Below are positions 38,783 through 47,636 of a stretch of DNA of 64,000 nt, one piece after another. The translations under genes and the position numbers were made by a program. How positions within the stretch are numbered: the stretch's first letter is position 1; the number at the start of each line of letters is the position of its first letter. Where the stretch lies: assembly GCA_036501665.1 (NCBI GenBank), contig DASXZW010000104.1, forward strand, positions 12,902 through 76,901. Reading direction: 5' to 3'. The notes under the pieces are model-generated. The model ran no database searches, was not told the DNA's origin, and worked only from the letters and a program-made list of their open reading frames with translations. The stretch comes from Verrucomicrobiia bacterium. GTDB taxonomy: Bacteria > Verrucomicrobiota > Verrucomicrobiia > Limisphaerales > Palsa-1400.

Positions 38783-40450
38783 ATGACAAGAAATTTATTT
38801 TGCGGGGCCATTTTGCTGATGCTCCCTGTATTGGGCTGCTGGGCCTCGCCGCCGAGTCCCTCGGGACTTGACCAGAACACAAAGCCACTCGGAGGTGACC
38901 AGCCCACGGCAGGCGTTACGGCGGGAGGAATGCTGACGATCCCGCCGACCAATTATGTTTGGATTCCCCCCGGTCGATTCACCATGGGCAGCCCCTTGGC
39001 AGAACAACAGCAAGTCAATTCCGAAGGTTGGTTGAACGCGGCGACAGTGACCGAAGTTGAAGGTCCTCAAACCGAGGTGACGCTGACCAAGGGCTTCTAC
39101 ATGAGCAAGTATTTTGTCACGCAAGGCGAATATCTGGCGCTCATGGGAGTCAACCCGAGTCACTTTGCCGGCGATTTGAATTGCCCGGTTGAGGCCTGCG
39201 GCTGGTTCAATGCCACTAACTATTGCGGCAAACTCACGGCGCGCGAGCAAAAGGCGGGGCGATTGCCCACAAGCTGGTCTTACCGATTGCCGACCGAGGC
39301 GGAGTGGGAATACGCCTGCCGGGCCGGAACCACCACTCGCTTTAGTTATGGCGATGATCCGGGCTATGCGAAGCTGCCCAATTATGGGTGGTATGACGGG
39401 AACAGCTACACCAGCAATAAGCCGCCGGGAATATTCTACTTTGTGCAAGGCCGTTACTTTGCGACCCGTCCGGTCGGTCAAAAACTGCCAAATCCCTGGG
39501 GACTCTACGACATGCACGGACTTCTCAGCGAATGGTGCCAGGATTGGTTTGGCCCTTTATCTGGAGGCTCAGTGACCGATCCTCAGGGTCCTGCAACCGG
39601 GACGGAACGCGTGATTCGCAATGGAAGCTGGCTGGATGATGCTTATACCCTCCGATCTGCGATGCGCTATAGCACCGAACCGGAAGGCGCCGGTGGGATC
39701 TACGGGTTTCGAGCGGCGCTTGGCCCAAATCCACCAGTGAAACAAACGCAGGTTGCGACAATACCGCCACCCAAACGCAAGATCATACTTAAGGACGAGA
39801 AAGAGGATTTTAGTTATGGCCTGGGCGCAGCATTGGGAAATCGAATCAGGCGCGGCAACATCGACCTGAACCTGGAAATGTTGATTCAAGCGATTCGGGA
39901 CGCGGCGGCGGGTAAACCCCTCAGAATGAACGAGCAGCAAGCCATGGCGGCCGAAAAGGCATTTGCGGTGGAATCGCGCGTGAAAACGGAAGAGAAGGCG
40001 GCGGCTCTGCTTGAAAAAAACGAAAAAGAAGGCGAAGCGTTTCTCGCGGCAAACAAGAAAAGAGCGGGAATCAAGACCCAGACTTACTTGCTGGAACTCG
40101 GAAAAACCGCCGAAGCGCAATACGAAGTCATCAGGGAAGGCACAGGCCCGCTTCCGGGCACAAACGACATGGTCACTGTCAATTATCGCGGCACTCTGCT
40201 CAATGGCAAAGAGTTCGATAGTTCTGCAAAGCGCGGGCCAAAACCGGCCAAATTTTTTATTCTCTATGGCGTCAAGGGATGGAGAGACGCCTTGCCGATG
40301 ATGAAGGTGGGATCAAAATGGAAAGTATATCTACCCTCCGATCTGGCGTACGGAGATAAAGGAGACCCAAGCGGCCTGGTTGAACCTGGCTCCGCGTTGA
40401 TTTTTGAAATTGAACTGATCGGCACCGAGCCGCGCCGAACCCGACGTTGA
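38783..40450 (+). CDS. Fusion protein: FGE/SUMF1-family (FGE-sulfatase, C-type-lectin-fold) domain + FkpA-like FKBP_N/FKBP-type peptidyl-prolyl isomerase
   Basis: The ATG at 38783 gives the signal peptide MTRNLFCGAILLMLPVLGCWA. FGE-family motifs: RLPTEAEWEYACRAGTTTRFSYGDD, NPWGLYDMHGLLSEWCQDWF and RVIRNGSWLDDAYTLRSAMR. C-terminal FKBP: VTVNYRGTLLNGKEFDSS...VKGWRDALPMMKVGSKWKVYLPSDLAYGDKG...ALIFEIELIG. Confidence 0.8.
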   Translation: MTRNLFCGAILLMLPVLGCWASPPSPSGLDQNTKPLGGDQPTAGVTAGGMLTIPPTNYVWIPPGRFTMGSPLAEQQQVNSEGWLNAATVTEVEGPQTEVTLTKGFYMSKYFVTQGEYLALMGVNPSHFAGDLNCPVEACGWFNATNYCGKLTAREQKAGRLPTSWSYRLPTEAEWEYACRAGTTTRFSYGDDPGYAKLPNYGWYDGNSYTSNKPPGIFYFVQGRYFATRPVGQKLPNPWGLYDMHGLLSEWCQDWFGPLSGGSVTDPQGPATGTERVIRNGSWLDDAYTLRSAMRYSTEPEGAGGIYGFRAALGPNPPVKQTQVATIPPPKRKIILKDEKEDFSYGLGAALGNRIRRGNIDLNLEMLIQAIRDAAAGKPLRMNEQQAMAAEKAFAVESRVKTEEKAAALLEKNEKEGEAFLAANKKRAGIKTQTYLLELGKTAEAQYEVIREGTGPLPGTNDMVTVNYRGTLLNGKEFDSSAKRGPKPAKFFILYGVKGWRDALPMMKVGSKWKVYLPSDLAYGDKGDPSGLVEPGSALIFEIELIGTEPRRTRR

Positions 40451-40461
40451 ACCACAAGTTT

Positions 40462-40497
40462 GGGGAGGGAAATTCATGGCACCCCTCCTCCGGTTTT
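40462..40497 (+). terminator. Candidate intrinsic terminator after the FGE-FKBP gene
   Basis: GGGGAGGG...CCCTCCTC hairpin followed by CGGTTTT, beginning 12 nt after the stop. The stem is short, so support is weak. Confidence 0.3.
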
Positions 40498-40542
40498 CAA
40501 AGTTATCCGGCGACCTCGAAAGACAACTCCCAGCTCAGTTCC

Positions 40543-43500
40543 TCACTGAGTTGTAATTCGGAAAAAGCGTCCCGGTTCCTGGCTCACCGGTATCGAATCA
40601 GTAAAGGCAGCCGTGTTCGATTCGGCAACAACCGTCGTCACCACAGACCAATTCACCAGGTCGGTGGAGACTTCGATGTTGTATTTTTTCCCTTGCGTTG
40701 CAGTCCAATACAAACTGAACCCGCTCGAAGGCGAACTAATTCTTGACCCAATGAATAATGGCTGAGTCGTTGCAGTTTGATCGTCAACAATGAAGGGTGT
40801 GGTCGTCACCGGCCCAGTGGTAAGTGCCGTCCCCGTGATCGTATAAGATATCGGCGTGGACGCTGTATTGGCGATCGCCAGATACCACGTTCCATTGACG
40901 GACGGCAACGCTGCGCCCTTCCCGACGACAATGGAAAGCGGCGATGTGGTGGTTGTGGAATTGGCATCGTACGAATGTCCCGGAGTTGGAATAGCCCCAA
41001 GTTCCGCGAGCAGTTGCAACCCTCCAACCGCGGACTTATTCGCGAGGGTAAATTGCACCCCCGCCGGGTTATTCAGCACAGTCAACGCGTAAATGATATT
41101 CGTGGTGAAACCCGGTTGGGCAATGCCCGTTTTCACAAAACCCGGCTTTAATTGCATCACATCCAAAGCTCCTGGAGCGCCGCTCGGCCCGTTGGTCGCA
41201 ACTGTCGCAAGGATCGTATAATTCGCGGCCCCCGCAGTGTTGTTGTAAACAGCCAGATACCACGTCGTCGGCCCGGCTGGGGCAGGATTGTTGGTTGTTG
41301 GCGTCGGCAGGGCAAGAGGGGTCGAGTTAGTGGTGACAACAACAAACTGATCAGCCGCGCCGGTCACGCTGCTTGTATAATCATACGAGAGCGGACCGGG
41401 AACAGGCAATCCTGCCCGGGCAAAAAGACTCAATGGTGTGGATGCGCCGAGAATTTGGAAAGTCGCCAGCGTTGTGTTGCCTGGCACCTTGACCGAATAA
41501 TATTCCACGCTGCCACCCGAAATATTTGTCGCCACGGACATTTGATTTGTCAGCGCCCGGACTACGCTGGCATTAGTGCTCACATCGAACTGGACTTCCA
41601 GATTGAAGGTCGCCTGTTTAGGCCCGCTGTTTTGAACGGCCAGGAAATAACGCCTTCCCGGAAGCAACGGCGGAGGCGGCCCTTGCGCAGCCAGCGTATT
41701 GGTGCCGAAGGTTCCCGCCTTAAGACCTGAGATCATGGTTACATCGCCAGGCAAACCTCCCGTCGGCAAAGCGTCCTGATCGAAGAGAAGGTTCAATGGA
41801 TGACTGCCCTTCGAAAGAATATTAGTCGCGAAACTGGCCGTCGGCGGCACATCCACGGCAAAATAAGTAACCGAATCACCCGCCACAAATCCGCTCGTGT
41901 AAAGAACATCATTGCTCAGAACAATCAGACTGACATTTGTGGAAGAAATCGTCGTCTGTAAGTCCCAGCTTAGGAGTGATCCATCACTCGGCAGAGGCGA
42001 ATCGGTGCGCGTGTCCCAAACATCAAGCGTCCAGCATCCCTGCGGATTTTCGCCGATAAACGGCGTGAGCGGTTCCTCGGGCAGAAAGTAATTGTTGAAG
42101 TTGGTCTCGGGAAGCTGAGTAAACTGAATGTCGTCAAAAAGTGTGCTCATTGTATTGCCCGAGAACTCCACCACCACCTGATTATTGGTCGCAATAAAAC
42201 TGTTGGTGAACGCCTGCCAGGGCCCGCTGAAATTCGCTAAAATCTCCGTGTTGGTGGAATATCCGTCCAACTGTACAACAAAGTTGGGCAATAGCGAAAT
42301 GCTGTTGTACTTCCCGGCGCTGCCCGCACTGTAGATGGTTTGTATTTCCACAGGAGACAACGCGCGACCATATAGTGTATCCTCATCAATCTTCCCATCA
42401 AATTTCTGAACGGGAGTAAAGTCATCCATTTCCGTTCCAATAAATACCGGATTGGAATCGTAGCCGATCGTGAGATTCGCTGCTCCCCCCAAGACCTTCG
42501 CTCCATTAAGGTAAAGCGCCTGAGTTTTTGAATCATTGTCAAAGGTATAAGCAGCGTAGTACCAAACACCCGGAACCGGAGTTAAAGGATAGCTCAATTC
42601 AGGCCCGATTCCTGCGATGTTGCAAATAATTCCATTGAGATTTCCTTCTGTCAGCCACATCTGGTATGAGTCAAAATACGAGCTTCCCAAAGTTTTGCTG
42701 AAAAGATTGCCCTCCTGGACGGCAATGGCGCCGTCGAACCAACACTCAATTGTCACACTCGGTGCTCGAAACGCCGTCGAATCCGCAATTTTCACGTATT
42801 GGCCTGAGCCGTCAAAATTAAAAGCGCTGCCCACTTCGCCATCGGCGTATGAAGCTCCGTTTACCAAGGTTCCATTATGCCCGCCTGCAATATCAGTTGT
42901 ATTCCGATCACCAGGCCACCAACCAAGGATTCCCGGTCCTCGCGCCCAATATATCAATTCGTATTTCTTGCCCACGATTGTCGGATAGGTGTTCGTGATC
43001 CGCCCCGTGGTCAAAGCCAGGAAATTATTCCCCGTGTGCGCAAGAGTCGCGTCTTTCACCACGCCGACCTGGTTGGACTCCACTTTCCAGGTTCCTCCAA
43101 CTACTTGTCCAACTGTATAGGTGTTGACAGCAGATCCTTCAAATCCGTCCGCCGTGATGACCGCCGCCGAGGGCGCTGGGGACGCAAATTTTGAGGCAAA
43201 CTTCACCGGTGTCTGGGTCAAACTGGTGTCTTCCGTGAAAACAGTATAAATCAGATTGCTGTCAGCTCGCGATCCCAAGCCCAGATTTTGAGCGGCCAGA
43301 CCCCCGCGATTTTCAAAAAGGAGCACGCTCGTCCCTTGCGGACTTGTCAAGTGAATCGACAGGTCGTCCAAATTCGTATCGCTGATCCTCAACCCGACGC
43401 TCAAGTCCACCACTTGCTGGCCGCTGGTTATGCAGATCTGCGACTGTGTGTGTCCCGCAGTTAACAATGGCGTGGCCGTGTTGTTGCTGAAAGTTTGCAC

Positions 43501-46500
43501 CAGATCGGGCGTCAGACTCTCTTGTATTTGTATGAGCACGTTAAGAGTCACAGGCGTCGTGTCATTAAAGTTGTAAATTCCATAATACCAATTGCCCCCG
43601 CTTAACGGCGGAAACGGTTTGGGTGGATTGGTGCTTAAGCTTAACGAACCTCCAGGCGGATTAATTTTGTTTGTGGTGTAGTCTGAAAAATTCACGTCGT
43701 CGAAGTTGGTCAGGTATATCCCAATCGGGCCGCCTCCCTGGCTTGCGTATGTCGTGAAGATGGTCAGGTTGGTCGCGTCGTTGGGGATGGGCACGTACCC
43801 TTTGTACCACGAGTTGGGCTGCAAAGTGATCGTAAATCCCAGTCCTTGAGGCTGCGGGGTTCCAGTGACGCTGAAAGTTTCCACTTCACCGGTCTGTCCC
43901 AACGCGTTGTCTGCCTCGGTCAACATCCATAATCCCTGCCCGGCTTGCCCAATGAAATTTTTTAAACTTCCCGGTCCGTCGCTCAGCGCGTCTCCTGAAC
44001 TGGCTTGTTCCTGCAAGTCGTCATAGGTAACGCTGAATCCTCCCGGCGCGCCGGAATTGTGGTTGAGGACCGTGCTGACTCCGTTGTGCGTCAGCGTCCC
44101 GTATAAATCGCTCGGATTGCCGTGTTGTATCCCAAGACTCACGGTAACGTCCTGAATTCTCATCGCCGGGTTGAGCGGATCAATCAGGAAAGCGAACACG
44201 AATGCCGGCGCTCCCGCCGCCGCATCCGGGATGAACACCGGCAACGCCGTTCCTGTCGCCGTCACGCTTCCGTTGGGATTCTGAACGCTGAAAGGCGCTT
44301 GCTGGGCTACGGCATAAAATCCAAAATCCGCCGCCTGCTGGTCTTCGGACTTGATGCCGATATACCAGGTTTTGGCAAGGGAGTTGGTCACGAACGTTTC
44401 AGTGCCTCCGCGCCCCACCGATTTGAACGCCTGGAGAACCGCCAGCTTGTCCAATTGCAACAGCTTCGGGTTTGTTGAAACATACATGTCAATATCCGAC
44501 TGAGTATTGCGCGGCGCTGAGAGATTGGGCGGCAAAAAGGTCGCAAAAGCCACGTTAGTCGCAGTGCCGTTGGCGTTGGTGTAAAGCGATAGGTTGGTGA
44601 ACACGAAGAAGTGCCATTGAGTCAGGCTTCCGTTAGTCCCGCCGGTAACGAAGTTCCAAAGCGTCGGTTGATTCGCGCCCACTCTTTCATGCAAGAGCGG
44701 CACACCGCTGCTGACTTGTGTCACCAATGCCGTCGGCGGCACGGACAATACCGAGTTGCTAACCACACTCAACGGAACCGTCGGATCGTCGCCGGAGATC
44801 ACCAGCGCGTAGTCTTGCCCGATAATGTTGGTCCGGGCGGTTACGGCGTTGACGTTCACCCGCGCTCCACCCACCGTCACTGTCAACGGATAAGTCAACG
44901 GCGTAAAGGCCGGGTCGATGTAAATGTTCTGGACATTGTTGACGGCATCCGGCGCGTTCCCAGTGTTGGCTTCGGAGAAGATGTCGCCGCCCAGGAAATC
45001 GTTTCCAATGAAAACGTTGGTTCCAGTATGGTCAGTGACCGTCAAGCTGAGTTGGTTGACCAGCGCAACGCCCGCCGCAGGGTCTCCGGGCGGATCGGTC
45101 CACACCAGACTGATTCGGATTGGCGCGTTGGAGGCTTTTCCGCTAGGGTCGGTGATGATGTAATTTTGGTATTGCCCGGTGGCCAGGGCATTGGCTGGCG
45201 ATTGATCGAAGAACGCCAACGACCGCGCGCTTGCGCCATTGGTAAAGGAGGACGGGATGCTGTTGGGCAGGAAAGGCATTCCCCATCCTTGCTCGTTTGC
45301 GCCCAATGTTTTGACATCAAAGTCGTATTCCAGCCCGATGCTTCGAGATCCATTGATCAAAAGCGCTTTAAGCAACGCCGGGCTGGGCGTGATATTCAAC
45401 CGGTGCTCCAAAAAATCCTGCATCAGCGCCAACACTCCGGAAACCGCCGCCGCCGACATGCTCGTTCCTGATTCGTAACGGTAGGCAGGCTTCAGTATCG
45501 AGTTCATGTTGCTCAAAACTTGGAAGTAATCTCCAGAACTATTGGTTTCCAGCATGAAGATATGAAGGTCATACGTTACCGGCTGGACAACTCCTTTTGC
45601 CGCCGCTACTCCCACGTAAATCGGTCCAGGAACGATTTGGTTCGTTAAGATTACCACATTCGCACCAAGAATGTCGGTCCCGCGAATAGTCACCGGCGGA
45701 TTTTTTCCATCCGCTCTCACGATAAATCCATTGGTGTAACCGGCGGGCGATCCCGAGTTGGTCACGATTTGGATAATAAGCGCTGATCCGTCGTTCTGAT
45801 AGAGGATCGGATAATAGTTGGTCTTGCCGGGAGCGACACTTTGATTGGTTACGGCGTCGTCGGTTACAAGCGTCTCGTTGGTCGGATCCACGTAATTATG
45901 GGACCGGGCAGAGACGATGAAAACGCCTGGGGCGACAACGTCGGGCTTAAACCGTCCCGTAATCCCTTCCACTCCCAATCCGACATTCCCAACGCCGGAA
46001 AAGTAAGTGACCAGATTGCTGTTGTCCGTTTCACCGAGAAACACTTGATTGGTGCTCTGGCCGTCAAAGCTGACTAGATTCGTGAGAAAGCGCGGCGTAT
46101 CGGTCGCCCCCACCGTGATCACGTTCTTGGCCGATCCTGGCGAGTTGATTGTACCTCCCTGTCCATCAACTCCGCTGTCCGTCCCATTCCCGCCGTCGCC
46201 AGAAGCGAAAACAAACAGCAACGGCTGATCTCCTTTCAACATCGGCTGGGCATCGCGCGTGGCTGCATCGTAGCTTGCCGCGTGGATATCGTAGGACTGG
46301 CTGCTGTAACCCCAACTGTTGTTGGAAATCAAATTCGTCGGTCCGAGGTTGGATGAGGCGTTTATCTGCAACTGGTTGTCCGACACAAACGGGCCAGTGA
46401 TCAAATCCAGGTTTTGCACGTACAACGTGGCATTGGTCGCTTTCCCGCGAAAATCTGCTCCCACCACCGAGCCGGGGACCTGGTTGGTCACTTTGCTCGA

Positions 46501-47523
46501 CTGGCTGCCGTTGCCGATGATAATTCCCGCCACGTGTGTGCCGTGCCCATCGTCATCCTCCAATGCTCCCGCAGCGCCCTTGAGCCGGATTGATGCTCCC
46601 GCTCCAGTAAAATCCTTGTGAGTCGAGTCCACTCCGGTGTCGTTCAAACTCACCACGACGTTGGAGCCGGAAAGGTTCAGGTAATCTGGCGTGTTGGTCA
46701 GGGTGTCTGCCGTAACTCCCAATTGCACCCGCGAAATATCGTTGAGCATTCGGCGCCGGGCATAAGTCTCCACTTCCTGCGCCAAAGGCAACTGCGCAAT
46801 CGCCGCCACGCTGTCCGGCGGCGCGCTGACCACCAGGCTCGGTCCGAACGGCCCGCTGTCTTCGCCCACCAACTTTGCGCCCAGATCGGTCAATGCGGCC
46901 AAAGCGGCGTCCCGCTGTCCAGGGAAAGTGGTCACGCTCAAAAGATTGGTTTGCGATTCGCCTTCCACCGCACCGGGAAGCAATGACCCATCGAGCTTGT
47001 AATACGGTTCGTACGGCAAGACCGCCTGGAAAGTCGGGTCTGCCTCCAATGCTTTGGCCTGCTCGGCATCTGCCTTGACCAAACCGGCGTTGTTCGGAAT
47101 GTAACTGACAAACTCCCCGCCGTCCTTCTTCACCGCCTGGTAAAACTCCCGGTCCAACGGTCGGTCAAATTGGACAATGTAACTTCCCGCCGGCCCTTTC
47201 GTCCGCAATTGCGGCGGAATATCCAGATGCAACGGGCGCGTCGTGTCAATCAACGCATTGCGCAGGATGATCGCATGATCGCTGCGCAGAAGCTGCTTCG
47301 CAGTCTGCCGCGTATTGCTCAAATGGTAACTTTTTCGGCCCGCGCTCGCATTGGTCCCGACCGCGTTGATCAATGCCGGATGCGCTGGAGTGGAGGACGA
47401 AGGGGTTGTCGTTTCGCTGTGTTCCTGGTTGAGCCGAACTTTCTCCGCATAATGCCACATCCACCCTCCCGCCGCAAACAGCGCCAGGCTAATGACAAAC
47501 CATCCTCGCGGCTTAAGACTCAT
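40543..47523 (-). CDS. Giant (2326-aa) secreted S8 subtilase with two I9-like propeptide modules, an insert in the catalytic domain, two proprotein-convertase P-domains, a LamG (Laminin_G_3) domain, multiple beta-sandwich modules and a conserved C-terminal domain
   Basis: The ATG at 47523 gives MSLKPRGWFVISLALFAAGGW. Catalytic triad: SLNDTGVDSTH (Asp), DDDGHGTHVAGII (His), NNSWG (Asn) and ESGTSMSAAAVSGVLALM (Ser). P-domain-like segments: VTVSLGIQHGNPSDLYGTLTHNG and LSVGLRISDTNLDDLSIHLTSPQGTSVLLFENRGG. LamG-like: FNFDGSGQYVKIADS...VTIECWF...LYLNGAKV...GKIDEDTLYGRALSPVEIQ. Confidence 0.9.
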   Translation of the reverse strand: MSLKPRGWFVISLALFAAGGWMWHYAEKVRLNQEHSETTTPSSSTPAHPALINAVGTNASAGRKSYHLSNTRQTAKQLLRSDHAIILRNALIDTTRPLHLDIPPQLRTKGPAGSYIVQFDRPLDREFYQAVKKDGGEFVSYIPNNAGLVKADAEQAKALEADPTFQAVLPYEPYYKLDGSLLPGAVEGESQTNLLSVTTFPGQRDAALAALTDLGAKLVGEDSGPFGPSLVVSAPPDSVAAIAQLPLAQEVETYARRRMLNDISRVQLGVTADTLTNTPDYLNLSGSNVVVSLNDTGVDSTHKDFTGAGASIRLKGAAGALEDDDGHGTHVAGIIIGNGSQSSKVTNQVPGSVVGADFRGKATNATLYVQNLDLITGPFVSDNQLQINASSNLGPTNLISNNSWGYSSQSYDIHAASYDAATRDAQPMLKGDQPLLFVFASGDGGNGTDSGVDGQGGTINSPGSAKNVITVGATDTPRFLTNLVSFDGQSTNQVFLGETDNSNLVTYFSGVGNVGLGVEGITGRFKPDVVAPGVFIVSARSHNYVDPTNETLVTDDAVTNQSVAPGKTNYYPILYQNDGSALIIQIVTNSGSPAGYTNGFIVRADGKNPPVTIRGTDILGANVVILTNQIVPGPIYVGVAAAKGVVQPVTYDLHIFMLETNSSGDYFQVLSNMNSILKPAYRYESGTSMSAAAVSGVLALMQDFLEHRLNITPSPALLKALLINGSRSIGLEYDFDVKTLGANEQGWGMPFLPNSIPSSFTNGASARSLAFFDQSPANALATGQYQNYIITDPSGKASNAPIRISLVWTDPPGDPAAGVALVNQLSLTVTDHTGTNVFIGNDFLGGDIFSEANTGNAPDAVNNVQNIYIDPAFTPLTYPLTVTVGGARVNVNAVTARTNIIGQDYALVISGDDPTVPLSVVSNSVLSVPPTALVTQVSSGVPLLHERVGANQPTLWNFVTGGTNGSLTQWHFFVFTNLSLYTNANGTATNVAFATFLPPNLSAPRNTQSDIDMYVSTNPKLLQLDKLAVLQAFKSVGRGGTETFVTNSLAKTWYIGIKSEDQQAADFGFYAVAQQAPFSVQNPNGSVTATGTALPVFIPDAAAGAPAFVFAFLIDPLNPAMRIQDVTVSLGIQHGNPSDLYGTLTHNGVSTVLNHNSGAPGGFSVTYDDLQEQASSGDALSDGPGSLKNFIGQAGQGLWMLTEADNALGQTGEVETFSVTGTPQPQGLGFTITLQPNSWYKGYVPIPNDATNLTIFTTYASQGGGPIGIYLTNFDDVNFSDYTTNKINPPGGSLSLSTNPPKPFPPLSGGNWYYGIYNFNDTTPVTLNVLIQIQESLTPDLVQTFSNNTATPLLTAGHTQSQICITSGQQVVDLSVGLRISDTNLDDLSIHLTSPQGTSVLLFENRGGLAAQNLGLGSRADSNLIYTVFTEDTSLTQTPVKFASKFASPAPSAAVITADGFEGSAVNTYTVGQVVGGTWKVESNQVGVVKDATLAHTGNNFLALTTGRITNTYPTIVGKKYELIYWARGPGILGWWPGDRNTTDIAGGHNGTLVNGASYADGEVGSAFNFDGSGQYVKIADSTAFRAPSVTIECWFDGAIAVQEGNLFSKTLGSSYFDSYQMWLTEGNLNGIICNIAGIGPELSYPLTPVPGVWYYAAYTFDNDSKTQALYLNGAKVLGGAANLTIGYDSNPVFIGTEMDDFTPVQKFDGKIDEDTLYGRALSPVEIQTIYSAGSAGKYNSISLLPNFVVQLDGYSTNTEILANFSGPWQAFTNSFIATNNQVVVEFSGNTMSTLFDDIQFTQLPETNFNNYFLPEEPLTPFIGENPQGCWTLDVWDTRTDSPLPSDGSLLSWDLQTTISSTNVSLIVLSNDVLYTSGFVAGDSVTYFAVDVPPTASFATNILSKGSHPLNLLFDQDALPTGGLPGDVTMISGLKAGTFGTNTLAAQGPPPPLLPGRRYFLAVQNSGPKQATFNLEVQFDVSTNASVVRALTNQMSVATNISGGSVEYYSVKVPGNTTLATFQILGASTPLSLFARAGLPVPGPLSYDYTSSVTGAADQFVVVTTNSTPLALPTPTTNNPAPAGPTTWYLAVYNNTAGAANYTILATVATNGPSGAPGALDVMQLKPGFVKTGIAQPGFTTNIIYALTVLNNPAGVQFTLANKSAVGGLQLLAELGAIPTPGHSYDANSTTTTSPLSIVVGKGAALPSVNGTWYLAIANTASTPISYTITGTALTTGPVTTTPFIVDDQTATTQPLFIGSRISSPSSGFSLYWTATQGKKYNIEVSTDLVNWSVVTTVVAESNTAAFTDSIPVSQEPGRFFRITTQ
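40673..40792. repeat. 120-bp direct repeat, copy 2 (inside the 3' end of the giant subtilase gene)
   Basis: See copy 1. The spacing between copies is 2152 bp. Confidence 0.85.
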
Positions 47524-47636
47524 GTATCTTCCCTCCCTGCGTCTCGATTGAACACGCGAGGTAGCATACCAGAATGCCCGCCCCTTTGCCAGTGAAATTC
47601 CATCTTCGGCACAGGGCAAAGGACCCTAAACTCCGA

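Noticed and set aside
38469-38888. 139-aa minus-strand ORF containing the SSPSSGFSLYWTAT motif.
   Set aside because: It is chimeric. Only 38521-38640 is homologous to the subtilase CTD. The rest is antisense to the RND 3' end and to the FGE-FKBP 5' region. I treat it as a decayed repeat copy, not a gene.
38521-40792. Possible diversity-generating retroelement (TR/VR pair). A 120-bp repeat has one copy at the 3' end of a giant exoprotein gene, and an FGE/C-type-lectin-fold gene lies between the copies.
   Set aside because: There is no reverse transcriptase gene in or near the repeats. The roughly 14 mismatches are a mix of transitions and transversions on all bases and are not adenine-specific. 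The FGE-domain gene carries neither repeat copy.
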